Below are positions 15,895 through 30,276 of a stretch of DNA of 64,000 nt, piece after piece. The stretch lies in the NCBI RefSeq assembly GCF_013122565.1, contig NZ_CP053258.1. One strand, written 5' to 3'. The stretch comes from Escherichia coli (GTDB taxonomy: Bacteria > Pseudomonadota > Gammaproteobacteria > Enterobacterales > Enterobacteriaceae). How positions within the stretch are numbered: the stretch's first letter is position 1; the number at the start of each line of letters is the position of its first letter. The translations under genes were made by a program, and so were the position numbers. The notes under the pieces were generated by a model that ran no database searches, was not told where the DNA came from, and worked only from the letters and a program-made list of their open reading frames with translations.

Positions 15895-17328
15895 CTAATT
15901 ATTCTGATAAATATCTTTATACAAACGGCTTTCAAAACGCACTAACGGAATACGGCGATTACGCTGATCTGCTGGTTCTACTGCATAGCCAGAAAGATAT
16001 TGTACAAATGCCATTCGTTGCCCGCTCGCCGTGGTAATGAATCCCGCCAGGTTATATACCCCCTGCAGCGAACCTGTTTTCGCTGAGACTTTACCATCCA
16101 CGCCCGCCTGATGCAGACCTGCACGGTACTGTAAAGAGCCGTCATAGCCCGCCAGCGGCAGCATGGAGATAAAGTTAAGTTCATTGTCGTGTTGGGCAAT
16201 GTATTGCAGCACCTGCATCATGGTGGCGGGGGCAATCAGGTTATGCCGCGAAAGCCCTGAACCATCGGCAATAATGGTGTTTCCAATATCGACACCGGCT
16301 TGCTGGCGCAGGATCTGACGTACGGCGTCCGACCCGGCCCGCCATGTTCCAGGCACATTGAAGCGCGCATGGCCTATCATGCGGAAAACCGTATCGGCGA
16401 TCATGTTGTCTGACTTTTTCAGCATAATCTTAAGCAGATCGTGCAGCGGGGCCGATTGTTTACTGGCAACTACCGTTCCAGGTTCATTAACCTGAGTCTG
16501 GCGCAGCAGTGTTCCGCTCCAGGTGATACCCGCCTGTTTTAACTCATCTTTCAGAATTGCCCCGGCATAGCTGGCTCCATCCTGCACGGCAAAAGCCAAC
16601 GGGAGCGGCTCAGAACGTTGTGGCAGGCATCCCGTCAGCGTAAAGCGGTTCAGGTCGCCTGGTACGACATCCAGTTCGCAGTATTGCGCTTCGGCAGAAC
16701 CACGGGGGAGGGTGCGTACCTGGCTGAACATCGTAACGGGGTAATAAGATGCCACGCGTATAAAAGCCATATCACCAGTTTTTGGGGCACTGTAGAGCGA
16801 GACGGAGAAACAGTTGCGGTCAACTATGGCAGCGGCAGGCGGAGCGCTAAAGCACTGTGTCATATCATTCCATGGCCAGCCGGGGGCTTTATCGTGGCTG
16901 GCGAAAATGGAGGTATCTATAAACACATTGCCATCGATTTCGTTGACGCCAGATTTTTTCAAAGTCGCGACCATATTGCGAATATCCTGACGTTTTAACG
17001 TCGGATCGGCGCCAAATCGTGCTACTAAGTCACCCTTAAGTACGCCGTTTTCCACATTGCCTTTGGTTTCAAGTGTCGTGGTGAAACGAAAATCGGGGCC
17101 GAGTTGAATCAACGCCGCCAGCGCAGTAATCACTTTCTGCGTACTGGCGGGCAGCGCCATCTGCTGACTGTGGTAATCAATAGCGGGGGCCGACGCGCCA
17201 ACTTTTTGCACCATCAGGGCAAGGTTGGCACCTGCGGGGAGTTGAGTAATGTACTCATCAACATTCGCGGCCTGAACACTGAACGCTATACAGCTGGTCA
17301 ATCCGATGATAAATCTGGAAAATCGCAT
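15895..17328 (-). CDS. dacB: D-alanyl-D-alanine carboxypeptidase/endopeptidase PBP4
   Basis: 477 aa ORF with signal peptide; STQK active-site motif (ASTQKVITALAAL). Confidence 0.96.
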   Translation of the reverse strand: MRFSRFIIGLTSCIAFSVQAANVDEYITQLPAGANLALMVQKVGASAPAIDYHSQQMALPASTQKVITALAALIQLGPDFRFTTTLETKGNVENGVLKGDLVARFGADPTLKRQDIRNMVATLKKSGVNEIDGNVFIDTSIFASHDKAPGWPWNDMTQCFSAPPAAAIVDRNCFSVSLYSAPKTGDMAFIRVASYYPVTMFSQVRTLPRGSAEAQYCELDVVPGDLNRFTLTGCLPQRSEPLPLAFAVQDGASYAGAILKDELKQAGITWSGTLLRQTQVNEPGTVVASKQSAPLHDLLKIMLKKSDNMIADTVFRMIGHARFNVPGTWRAGSDAVRQILRQQAGVDIGNTIIADGSGLSRHNLIAPATMMQVLQYIAQHDNELNFISMLPLAGYDGSLQYRAGLHQAGVDGKVSAKTGSLQGVYNLAGFITTASGQRMAFVQYLSGYAVEPADQRNRRIPLVRFESRLYKDIYQNN

Positions 17329-17389
17329 AATCTCGCGCTAACAACCTGGAATCGAGCCGTCATACTACGGCGCAACGCCCTATAAAGTA

Positions 17390-17481
17390 AACGATGACCC
17401 TTCGGGAACTTCAGGGTAAAATGACTATCAAAATGTGAATTGTAGCTGACCTGGGACTTGTACCCGGGTCGGTATTTTTTT
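17390..17481 (+). ncRNA. graL: greA leader / GraL-type attenuated small transcript (approximate bounds)
   Basis: Promoter-like TAAAAT upstream and a stem (GACCTGGG...CCCGGGTC) followed by T7 within the greA 5' leader; coordinates approximate. Confidence 0.4.
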
Positions 17482-17575
17482 GCTTCTGGTCCCGGTGAGG
17501 AGTTATGCCGGGCAGGCCGAACAGCCGGGGTGGGTGAAGACTTGCCCCATCAGGAATATTCAAGAGGTATAACAA

Positions 17576-18052
<477 letters not shown>

Positions 18053-18098
18053 GAATTACCCAATACTCAAGATGTTGATGTATTGTAAAGAAAGGAAA

Positions 18099-18123
18099 AA
18101 GGCCGCTATGCGGCCTTTTATCA
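18099..18123. terminator. Bidirectional terminator between convergent greA and yhbY
   Basis: Stem GGCCGCTATGCGGCC flanked by A-run upstream and T-run downstream. Confidence 0.7.
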
Positions 18124-18207
18124 ACGAACAGAGCGTGGCATTTTGCTCTCCTGCCTGCGGAAAACCCCTCGTTTTACACAGCAAATGTGTGTAACTTTAG
18201 GATAATC

Positions 18208-18501
18208 TTAGCGTGGCAGCGAGATTTTACGTTCTTTAGTTGGGCGATAAAGCACCAGCGTTTTACCGATGACCTGTACATTACAGGCGCCGGTTTCGCG
18301 CACGATAGCTTCCACGATCAAGGTTTTAGTTTCGCGATCTTCGGTGGCGATTTTCACCTTGATGAGTTCATGGTGCTCTAACGCTTGTTCAATCTCGGCC
18401 AGCACCCCTTCGGTCAAACCATTACTGCCAAGCAGAACAACTGGCTTGAGCGGATGTGCCAGACCTTTCAGGTGCTGTTTTTGTTTAGTACTCAGATTCA
18501 T
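18208..18501 (-). CDS. yhbY: CRS1/YhbY-type RNA-binding protein
   Basis: 97 aa ORF MNLSTKQKQHLKGLAHPLKPVVLLGSNGLTEGVLAEIEQALEHHELIKVK. Confidence 0.95.
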   Translation of the reverse strand: MNLSTKQKQHLKGLAHPLKPVVLLGSNGLTEGVLAEIEQALEHHELIKVKIATEDRETKTLIVEAIVRETGACNVQVIGKTLVLYRPTKERKISLPR

Positions 18502-18626
18502 CGTATTTTTTGCTTACGTTGGGATTGAAAACGGGTCATTCTACCGCCATCTCCCATATATCACCAAATAGGCGCGTAAAAATTTACGCAATTGGTTACG
18601 ATGAGTTATCCCCATGGGAAAGTTAA

Positions 18627-19256
18627 ATGACAGGTAAGAAGCGTTCTGCCAGCTCCAGCCGCTGGCTTCAGGAACACTTTAGCGATAAATATGTTCAACA
18701 GGCACAGAAAAAGGGGTTACGTTCCCGTGCCTGGTTTAAACTTGATGAAATACAGCAAAGTGACAAACTCTTTAAACCGGGAATGACGGTTGTCGACCTT
18801 GGTGCTGCTCCGGGTGGTTGGTCACAATATGTGGTTACCCAAATTGGCGGCAAAGGCCGCATCATCGCTTGCGATCTTTTACCTATGGATCCTATCGTTG
18901 GTGTGGACTTTCTTCAGGGCGATTTTCGTGATGAACTGGTGATGAAAGCACTGCTGGAGCGCGTTGGCGACAGCAAAGTCCAGGTTGTCATGTCCGATAT
19001 GGCACCAAACATGAGCGGAACACCGGCGGTGGATATCCCCCGTGCCATGTATCTGGTGGAACTGGCGCTAGAAATGTGTCGTGATGTATTAGCGCCAGGT
19101 GGCAGTTTTGTAGTGAAGGTGTTCCAGGGCGAAGGTTTCGATGAGTATCTAAGGGAAATTCGCTCCCTGTTTACGAAGGTCAAAGTTCGTAAGCCGGACT
19201 CTTCTCGTGCACGTTCGCGGGAAGTGTATATTGTAGCGACCGGGCGTAAACCCTAA
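18627..19256 (+). CDS. rlmE: 23S rRNA U2552 2'-O-methyltransferase
   Basis: 209 aa ORF with SAM motif [14 protein letters not shown]. Confidence 0.96.
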
Positions 19257-19355
19257 CCGGGAGATTTCAGACGAAAGTTTGAAAGATGCTGGATATAGAG
19301 TATCCTGACGCTGTTTTTAACACAGTTGTAATAAGAGGTTAATCCCTTGAGTGAC

Positions 19356-21290
19356 ATGGCGAAAAACCTAATACTCTGGCTGGTCATTGCCGTTGTGCTG
19401 ATGTCAGTATTCCAGAGCTTTGGGCCCAGCGAGTCTAATGGCCGTAAGGTGGATTACTCTACCTTCCTACAAGAGGTCAATAACGACCAGGTTCGTGAAG
19501 CGCGTATCAACGGACGTGAAATCAACGTTACCAAGAAAGATAGTAACCGTTATACCACTTACATTCCGGTTCAGGATCCGAAATTACTGGATAACCTGTT
19601 GACCAAGAACGTCAAGGTTGTCGGTGAACCGCCTGAAGAACCAAGCCTGCTGGCTTCTATCTTCATCTCCTGGTTCCCGATGCTGTTGCTGATTGGTGTC
19701 TGGATCTTCTTCATGCGTCAAATGCAAGGCGGCGGTGGCAAAGGTGCCATGTCGTTTGGTAAGAGCAAAGCGCGCATGCTGACGGAAGATCAGATCAAAA
19801 CGACCTTTGCTGACGTTGCGGGCTGCGACGAAGCAAAAGAAGAAGTTGCTGAACTGGTTGAGTATCTGCGCGAGCCGAGCCGCTTCCAGAAACTCGGCGG
19901 TAAGATCCCGAAAGGCGTCCTGATGGTCGGTCCTCCGGGTACCGGTAAAACGCTGCTGGCGAAAGCGATTGCAGGCGAAGCGAAAGTTCCGTTCTTTACT
20001 ATCTCCGGTTCTGACTTCGTAGAAATGTTCGTCGGTGTGGGTGCATCCCGTGTTCGTGACATGTTCGAACAGGCGAAGAAAGCGGCACCGTGCATCATCT
20101 TTATCGATGAAATCGACGCCGTAGGCCGCCAGCGTGGCGCAGGTCTGGGCGGTGGTCACGATGAACGTGAACAGACTCTGAACCAGATGCTGGTTGAGAT
20201 GGATGGCTTCGAAGGTAACGAAGGTATCATCGTTATCGCCGCGACTAACCGTCCGGACGTTCTCGACCCGGCCCTGCTGCGTCCTGGCCGTTTCGACCGT
20301 CAGGTTGTGGTCGGCTTGCCAGATGTTCGCGGTCGTGAGCAGATCCTGAAAGTTCACATGCGTCGCGTACCATTGGCACCCGATATCGACGCGGCAATCA
20401 TTGCCCGTGGTACTCCTGGTTTCTCCGGTGCTGACCTGGCGAACCTGGTGAACGAAGCGGCACTGTTCGCTGCTCGTGGCAACAAACGCGTTGTGTCGAT
20501 GGTTGAGTTCGAGAAAGCGAAAGACAAAATCATGATGGGTGCGGAACGTCGCTCCATGGTGATGACGGAAGCGCAGAAAGAATCGACGGCTTACCACGAA
20601 GCGGGTCATGCGATTATCGGTCGCCTGGTGCCGGAACACGATCCGGTGCACAAAGTGACGATTATCCCACGCGGTCGTGCGCTGGGTGTGACTTTCTTCT
20701 TGCCTGAGGGCGACGCAATCAGCGCCAGCCGTCAGAAACTGGAAAGCCAGATTTCTACGCTGTACGGTGGTCGTCTGGCAGAAGAGATCATCTACGGGCC
20801 GGAACATGTTTCTACCGGTGCGTCCAACGATATTAAAGTTGCGACCAACCTGGCACGTAACATGGTGACTCAGTGGGGCTTCTCTGAGAAATTGGGTCCA
20901 CTGCTGTACGCGGAAGAAGAAGGTGAAGTGTTCCTCGGCCGTAGCGTAGCGAAAGCGAAACATATGTCCGATGAAACTGCACGTATCATCGACCAGGAAG
21001 TGAAAGCACTGATTGAGCGTAACTATAATCGTGCGCGTCAGCTTCTGACCGACAATATGGATATTCTGCATGCGATGAAAGATGCTCTCATGAAATATGA
21101 GACTATCGACGCACCGCAGATTGATGACCTGATGGCACGTCGCGATGTACGTCCGCCAGCGGGCTGGGAAGAACCAGGCGCTTCTAACAATTCTGGCGAC
21201 AATGGTAGTCCAAAGGCTCCTCGTCCGGTTGATGAACCGCGTACGCCGAACCCGGGTAACACCATGTCAGAGCAGTTAGGCGACAAGTAA
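19356..21290 (+). CDS. ftsH: ATP-dependent zinc metalloprotease FtsH
   Basis: ORF 19347..21290 (TTG) trimmed to ATG 19356 ([10 protein letters not shown]); Walker A GPPGTGKT, zinc motif HEAGH. Confidence 0.95.
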
Positions 21291-21322
21291 GTTCCCACAT
21301 CAGATGACTGTATTTGTACCAA

Positions 21323-21353
21323 AAACCCCGGGGCGTGCTCCGGGGTTTTTTCT
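21323..21353 (+). terminator. Terminator/attenuator between ftsH and folP
   Basis: Stem CCCCGGGGCGTGCTCCGGGG followed by TTTTTT. Confidence 0.65.
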
Positions 21354-21379
21354 TATCAATTCATACCAGGGATAACATC

Positions 21380-22228
21380 ATGAAACTCTTTGCCCAGGGT
21401 ACTTCACTGGACCTTAGCCATCCTCACGTAATGGGGATCCTCAACGTCACGCCTGATTCCTTTTCGGATGGTGGCACGCATAACTCGCTGATAGATGCGG
21501 TGAAACATGCGAATCTGATGATCAACGCTGGCGCGACGATCATTGACGTTGGTGGCGAGTCCACGCGCCCAGGGGCGGCGGAAGTTAGCGTTGAAGAAGA
21601 GTTGCAACGTGTTATTCCTGTGGTTGAGGCAATTGCTCAACGCTTCGAAGTCTGGATCTCGGTAGATACATCCAAACCAGAAGTCATCCGTGAGTCAGCG
21701 AAAGTTGGCGCTCACATTATTAACGATATCCGCTCCCTTTCCGAACCTGGCGCTCTGGAGGCGGCTGCAGAAACCGGTTTACCGGTTTGTCTGATGCATA
21801 TGCAGGGAAATCCAAAAACCATGCAGGAAGCTCCGAAGTATGACGATGTCTTTGCAGAAGTGAATCGCTACTTTATTGAGCAAATAGCACGTTGCGAGCA
21901 GGCGGGTATCGCAAAAGAGAAATTGTTGCTCGACCCCGGATTCGGTTTCGGTAAAAATCTCTCCCATAACTATTCATTACTGGCGCGCCTGGCTGAATTT
22001 CACCATTTCAACCTGCCGCTGTTGGTGGGTATGTCACGAAAATCGATGATTGGGCAGCTGCTGAACGTGGGGCCGTCCGAGCGCCTGAGCGGTAGTCTGG
22101 CCTGTGCGGTCATTGCCGCAATGCAAGGCGCGCACATCATTCGTGTTCATGACGTCAAAGAAACCGTAGAAGCGATGCGGGTGGTGGAAGCCACTCTGTC
22201 TGCAAAGGAAAACAAACGCTATGAGTAA
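21380..22228 (+). CDS. folP: Dihydropteroate synthase
   Basis: ORF 21314..22228 trimmed to ATG 21380 ([32 protein letters not shown]). Confidence 0.94.
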
Positions 22229-23558
22229 TCGTAAATATTTCGGTACCGATGGGATTCGTGGTCGTGTCGGGGATGCACCGATCACACCTGATTTTGTGCT
22301 TAAGCTGGGTTGGGCCGCGGGTAAAGTGCTGGCGCGCCACGGCTCCCGTAAGATTATTATTGGTAAAGACACGCGTATTTCTGGCTATATGCTGGAGTCA
22401 GCACTGGAAGCGGGTCTGGCGGCAGCGGGCCTTTCCGCACTCTTCACTGGCCCGATGCCAACACCGGCCGTGGCTTATCTGACGCGTACCTTCCGCGCAG
22501 AGGCCGGAATTGTGATATCTGCATCGCATAACCCGTTCTACGATAATGGCATTAAATTTTTCTCTATCGACGGCACCAAACTACCGGATGCGGTAGAAGA
22601 GGCCATCGAAGCGGAAATGGAAAAAGAGATCAGCTGCGTTGATTCGGCAGAACTGGGTAAAGCCAGCCGTATCGTTGATGCTGCGGGTCGCTATATCGAG
22701 TTTTGCAAAGCCACGTTCCCGAACGAACTTAGCCTCAGCGAACTGAAGATTGTGGTGGATTGCGCAAACGGTGCGACTTATCACATCGCGCCGAACGTGC
22801 TGCGTGAACTGGGGGCGAACGTTATCGCTATCGGTTGTGAGCCGAACGGTGTAAACATCAATGCCGAAGTGGGGGCTACCGACGTTCGCGCGCTCCAGGC
22901 TCGTGTGCTGGCTGAAAAAGCGGATCTCGGCATTGCCTTCGACGGCGACGGCGATCGCGTGATTATGGTTGACCATGAAGGCAATAAAGTCGATGGCGAT
23001 CAGATCATGTATATCATCGCGCGTGAAGGTCTTCGTCAGGGCCAGCTGCGTGGTGGCGCTGTGGGTACATTGATGAGCAACATGGGGCTTGAACTGGCGC
23101 TGAAACAGTTAGGAATTCCATTTGCGCGCGCGAAAGTGGGTGACCGCTACGTACTGGAAAAAATGCAGGAGAAAGGCTGGCGTATCGGTGCAGAGAATTC
23201 CGGTCATGTGATCCTGCTGGATAAAACCACTACCGGTGACGGCATCGTTGCTGGCTTGCAGGTGCTGGCGGCGATGGCACGTAACCATATGAGCCTGCAC
23301 GACCTTTGCAGCGGCATGAAAATGTTCCCGCAGATTCTGGTTAACGTGCGTTACACCGCAGGTAGCGGCGATCCGCTTGAGCATGAGTCAGTTAAAGCCG
23401 TGACCGCAGAGGTTGAAGCTGCGCTGGGCAACCGTGGACGCGTGTTGCTGCGTAAATCCGGCACCGAACCGTTAATTCGCGTGATGGTGGAAGGCGAAGA
23501 CGAAGCGCAGGTGACTGAATTTGCACACCGCATCGCCGATGCAGTAAAAGCCGTTTAA
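22221..23558 (+). CDS. glmM: Phosphoglucosamine mutase
   Basis: 445 aa ORF with phospho-Ser loop SASHNP; start overlaps folP stop by 8 nt. Confidence 0.97.
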
Positions 23559-23579
23559 AGCGTCAGATAACTGGCTAAA

Positions 23580-23606
23580 AAGGCGGCGATTGTCGCCTTT
23601 TTTCTC
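23580..23606 (+). terminator. Hairpin plus T-run after glmM
   Basis: AGGCGGCGATTGTCGCCTTTTTTC. Confidence 0.55.
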
Positions 23607-23785
23607 GGCGAACACATCGGTTTTGCTGTTTTTTTCCGCAGTTGATACAATGCGATAAAATTGCCCTTGCGAAGGTCATTCGCTTTGGTTAGTATTCACA
23701 CCCGCTTCAGTGGGAAAGATTAAAAACTCCCGCTTTATTGGTTGAAGCATTGGTACGCGGCAACTCCGCAAGGAACAGGTTGATT

Positions 23786-24118
23786 ATGTACGAAGCTCTT
23801 TTGGTAGTTTTCCTTATTGTGGCAATTGGCCTTGTTGGTCTGATCATGCTGCAGCAAGGTAAAGGCGCTGATATGGGAGCCTCCTTCGGAGCAGGCGCTT
23901 CCGCTACGCTGTTTGGTTCAAGTGGTTCTGGTAACTTCATGACCCGCATGACGGCGTTGCTGGCAACGTTATTCTTCATCATCAGTCTGGTGCTGGGTAA
24001 CATCAATAGCAACAAAACCAATAAAGGTAGCGAATGGGAAAACCTGAGTGCGCCGGCGAAAACCGAACAAACTCAGCCAGCTGCTCCGGCTAAGCCGACC
24101 AGCGATATCCCGAACTAA
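23786..24118 (+). CDS. secG: Preprotein translocase subunit SecG
   Basis: ORF 23738..24118 trimmed to ATG 23786 (MYEALLVVFLIVAIGLVGLIMLQQGKG). Confidence 0.95.
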   Translation: MYEALLVVFLIVAIGLVGLIMLQQGKGADMGASFGAGASATLFGSSGSGNFMTRMTALLATLFFIISLVLGNINSNKTNKGSEWENLSAPAKTEQTQPAAPAKPTSDIPN

Positions 24119-24132
24119 AAAGTAGTATCCGT

Positions 24133-24219
24133 GCCGAGGTGGTGGAATTGGTAGACACGCTACCTTGAGGTGGTAGTGCCCAATAGGGCTTACGGGTTCA
24201 AGTCCCGTCCTCGGTACCA
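24133..24219 (+). tRNA. leuU: tRNA-Leu (anticodon GAG)
   Basis: 87 nt GCCGAGGTGGTGGAATTGGTAGACACGCTACCTTGAGGTGGTAG...GGTACCA; long variable arm, CCA end encoded; immediately 3' of secG. Confidence 0.95.
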
Positions 24220-24230
24220 AATTCCAGAAA

Positions 24231-24256
24231 AGAGACGCTGAAAAGCGTCTTTTTTC
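24231..24256 (+). terminator. Intrinsic terminator after secG-leuU
   Basis: AGAGACGCTGAAAAGCGTCTTTTTT. Confidence 0.8.
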
Positions 24257-24677
24257 GTTTTGGTCCTGGTCTGAGGAATGGTTGTCAGGTATCTGTATCT
24301 CGTCCAGTTGCTTTACTCGTAGCTGGTACCTTGAAACGATGGTGCCGGTACGCCTTAGTTATAAATTTTTCCCTTCTGCTGACATAATTGGCACTTTATT
24401 GTGTCAACTCCAGTTCCGGTACGAATACGGATATGTTTACTTCTCGATAAACCATCCTGCTCCTGTCAGTATAACGACTGATGGCTACGTTCTGCGTAAT
24501 GTTTAGAGACGCATTGATAATGTTATTTAATTACTGAGAACGCAATGGCCGCATCATTTAAAAAGAAAAAACTAACAGTGTTTCGTTCTGATATGGATCA
24601 GAGTTGAAAAATATGTCTGATATAAAATTGAACATTGTTGATAATTGTTTATATTGGTTGTGAACTTGGATTTCTGG

Positions 24678-26303
24678 ATGACAGTATTCAACAAATTTGC
24701 TAGAAGTTTTAAATCTCATTGGTTGTTGTATCTTTGTGTTATTGTTTTTGGTATTACGAACTTAGTCGCCTCTTCCGGAGCGCATATGGTTCAGCGCTTG
24801 CTGTTCTTCGTCCTGACCATCCTGGTTGTTAAACGTATATCATCCCTTCCGCTTCGCCTGCTTGTTGCCGCACCATTTGTGTTACTGACTGCGGCAGACA
24901 TGAGTATTAGCCTCTATTCATGGTGTACCTTTGGTACAACTTTCAATGATGGATTTGCGATTAGTGTGCTCCAGAGTGATCCGGATGAAGTTGTCAAAAT
25001 GCTGGGGATGTATATCCCTTATCTATGTGCTTTTGCTTTTTTATCCCTTCTTTTTTTGGCAGTAATAATAAAATATGATGTTTCCTTGCCGACAAAAAAA
25101 GTGACAGGAATATTATTGCTGATTGTCATTTCGGGCAGTTTATTTTCTGCTTATCAATTTGCTTATAAAGATGCAAAAAATAAAAATGCGTTCAGTCCAT
25201 ATATACTAGCGTCGCGATTTGCTACCTATACGCCGTTTTTCAATCTCAATTATTTTGCTTTAGCAGCGAAAGAGCATCAAAGATTACTCTCAATTGCAAA
25301 CACGGTGCCGTATTTTCAATTATCAGTCAGGGATACAGGTATTGATACCTACGTGTTGATTGTGGGGGAGTCTGTACGTGTCGACAATATGTCTTTGTAT
25401 GGATATACACGCTCTACGACACCGCAAGTCGAAGCACAAAGAAAACAGATCAAACTGTTTAATCAAGCAATAAGCGGCGCACCTTACACTGCGCTGTCGG
25501 TTCCCCTTTCTTTAACTGCTGATTCTGTTTTGAGTCATGACATTCATAATTACCCCGACAACATTATTAATATGGCTAATCAGGCAGGATTTCAGACTTT
25601 CTGGCTAAGTTCGCAATCCGCTTTTCGGCAGAATGGTACAGCAGTTACCAGTATCGCCATGCGCGCCATGGAAACAGTTTATGTCAGAGGATTTGATGAA
25701 TTGTTGTTGCCGCATTTATCGCAAGCATTACAGCAAAATACGCAGCAAAAGAAACTGATTGTTCTTCATTTAAATGGAAGCCATGAACCGGCTTGTAGCG
25801 CCTATCCGCAGTCCAGCGCCGTGTTTCAACCGCAGGACGATCAGGATGCCTGCTATGACAACTCCATTCATTACACAGATAGTTTGCTAGGTCAGGTTTT
25901 TGAATTATTAAAAGAGCGCCGCGCCTCGGTCATGTATTTTGCCGACCACGGCCTGGAACGTGACCCTACGAAGAAGAACGTCTATTTTCATGGAGGCAGG
26001 GAGGCTAGCCAGCAGGCATATCATGTCCCGATGTTTATCTGGTATAGCCCCGTTCTTGGGGATGGCGTGGATCGCACAACGGAAAACAACATCTTTTCGA
26101 CAGCTTACAATAATTACCTTATTAATGCGTGGATGGGGGTAACAAAGCCGGAACAGCCGCAAACGCTTGAGGAAGTGATTGCACACTATAAAGGAGACTC
26201 ACGGGTTGTGGATGCAAACCATGATGTTTTCGATTATGTGATGCTCAGAAAGGAGTTTACAGAGGATAAGCAAGGTAACCCCACCCCTGAAGGGCAGGGT
26301 TGA
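24678..26303 (+). CDS. yhbX: Putative phosphoethanolamine transferase (sulfatase-domain, EptA/OpgE-like)
   Basis: ORF 24645..26303 trimmed to MTVFNKFARSFKSHW; N-terminal TM helices plus C-terminal sulfatase domain; AT-rich codon usage. Confidence 0.88.
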   Translation: MTVFNKFARSFKSHWLLYLCVIVFGITNLVASSGAHMVQRLLFFVLTILVVKRISSLPLRLLVAAPFVLLTAADMSISLYSWCTFGTTFNDGFAISVLQSDPDEVVKMLGMYIPYLCAFAFLSLLFLAVIIKYDVSLPTKKVTGILLLIVISGSLFSAYQFAYKDAKNKNAFSPYILASRFATYTPFFNLNYFALAAKEHQRLLSIANTVPYFQLSVRDTGIDTYVLIVGESVRVDNMSLYGYTRSTTPQVEAQRKQIKLFNQAISGAPYTALSVPLSLTADSVLSHDIHNYPDNIINMANQAGFQTFWLSSQSAFRQNGTAVTSIAMRAMETVYVRGFDELLLPHLSQALQQNTQQKKLIVLHLNGSHEPACSAYPQSSAVFQPQDDQDACYDNSIHYTDSLLGQVFELLKERRASVMYFADHGLERDPTKKNVYFHGGREASQQAYHVPMFIWYSPVLGDGVDRTTENNIFSTAYNNYLINAWMGVTKPEQPQTLEEVIAHYKGDSRVVDANHDVFDYVMLRKEFTEDKQGNPTPEGQG

Positions 26304-26310
26304 TGTCGAA

Positions 26311-27669
<1,359 letters not shown>

Positions 27670-27695
27670 TTAATTAACTGATGATGAGCCTGGAT

Positions 27696-27732
27696 TTCCG
27701 CTCTCACTGAATTTTTATGCAAAATAAATGAG
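27696..27732 (-). promoter_or_regulatory. Candidate ARG boxes (ArgR operator) upstream of argG
   Basis: Two adjacent TGAAT/ATTCA-like palindromic 18-mers (TGAATTTTTATGCA, TAAATGAGTTTTCATT) 40-80 bp upstream of argG start. Confidence 0.4.
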
Positions 27733-27879
27733 TTTTCATTTAATCATCTTTTATCGGAGACAGGAAGAGTTTAGTGTGTTTTTTGTAAAATAATGCGCTT
27801 AAGGGAGAGCAGGAGAAGGCAAAAGTATTCAACAAATGAAAGTGAACTGGATATTCATTCACGTGATTAGCAATAAACG

Positions 27880-27909
27880 TTGACAAAATGTGGCATGGAT
27901 CACTATAAT
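27880..27909 (+). promoter_or_regulatory. Sigma-70 promoter upstream of metY operon
   Basis: TTGACA (27880-27885), 18-bp spacer, TATAAT (27904-27909). Confidence 0.55.
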
Positions 27910-28001
27910 GCCTGCAGATTTTACGTCCCGTCTCGGTACACCAAATCCCAGCAGTATTTGCATTTTTTACCCAAAACGAGTAGAATTTGCCACGTTTCAG
28001 G

Positions 28002-28078
<77 letters not shown>

Positions 28079-28200
28079 CTTTCCCTTAGAGTCCTTTTTC
28101 AAATATACTGTGAAGACTTCGGCCTTCGTAGTGGGATTTGAAAAAATCCTTCTGGAAAGTGCTCCAGACCGCAGTTGCGGTTATAGGGTTCAGTTATATA

Positions 28201-28226
28201 AAGCCCCGATTTATCGGGGTTTTTTG
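28201..28226 (+). terminator. First terminator/attenuator between metY and rimP
   Basis: AAGCCCCGATTTATCGGGGTTTTTTG. Confidence 0.75.
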
Positions 28227-28247
28227 TTATCTGACTACAGAATAACT

Positions 28248-28268
28248 GGGCTTTAGGCCCTTTTTTTA
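28248..28268 (+). terminator. Second terminator/attenuator between metY and rimP
   Basis: GGGCTTTAGGCCCTTTTTTT. Confidence 0.65.
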
Positions 28269-28284
28269 TGTCTTGGGGGTGGGC

Positions 28285-28737
28285 TTGTCCACATTAGAGC
28301 AAAAATTAACAGAGATGATTACTGCGCCAGTTGAGGCCCTGGGTTTTGAACTGGTTGGCATCGAATTTATTCGCGGTCGCACATCCACACTGCGCATCTA
28401 TATTGATAGTGAAGATGGCATCAATGTTGATGATTGTGCTGATGTGAGCCACCAGGTAAGTGCTGTGCTGGATGTTGAAGATCCCATCACCGTTGCTTAT
28501 AACCTGGAAGTCTCCTCACCGGGTCTCGATCGCCCACTGTTCACGGCTGAACACTACGCCCGTTTTGTCGGAGAAGAGGTGACTCTGGTTCTCCGTATGG
28601 CGGTACAAAACCGTCGTAAATGGCAGGGCGTTATCAAAGCGGTAGACGGTGAAATGATCACAGTTACCGTCGAAGGTAAAGATGAAGTGTTCGCGCTGAG
28701 TAATATCCAGAAGGCGAACCTGGTTCCCCACTTTTAA
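28285..28737 (+). CDS. rimP: Ribosome maturation factor RimP
   Basis: ORF 28273..28737; TTG at 28285 gives (M)[24 protein letters not shown]. Confidence 0.88.
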
Positions 28738-28764
28738 TAGTCTGGATGAGGTGAAAAGCCCGCG

Positions 28765-30252
<1,488 letters not shown>

Positions 30253-30276
30253 TAAACTGTAGCAGGAAGGAACAGC

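Noticed and set aside
24282-24506. 74-aa ORF between leuU and yhbX
   Set aside because: No Shine-Dalgarno, AT-rich low-complexity translation, sits in the leuU terminator / yhbX promoter region; most likely non-coding
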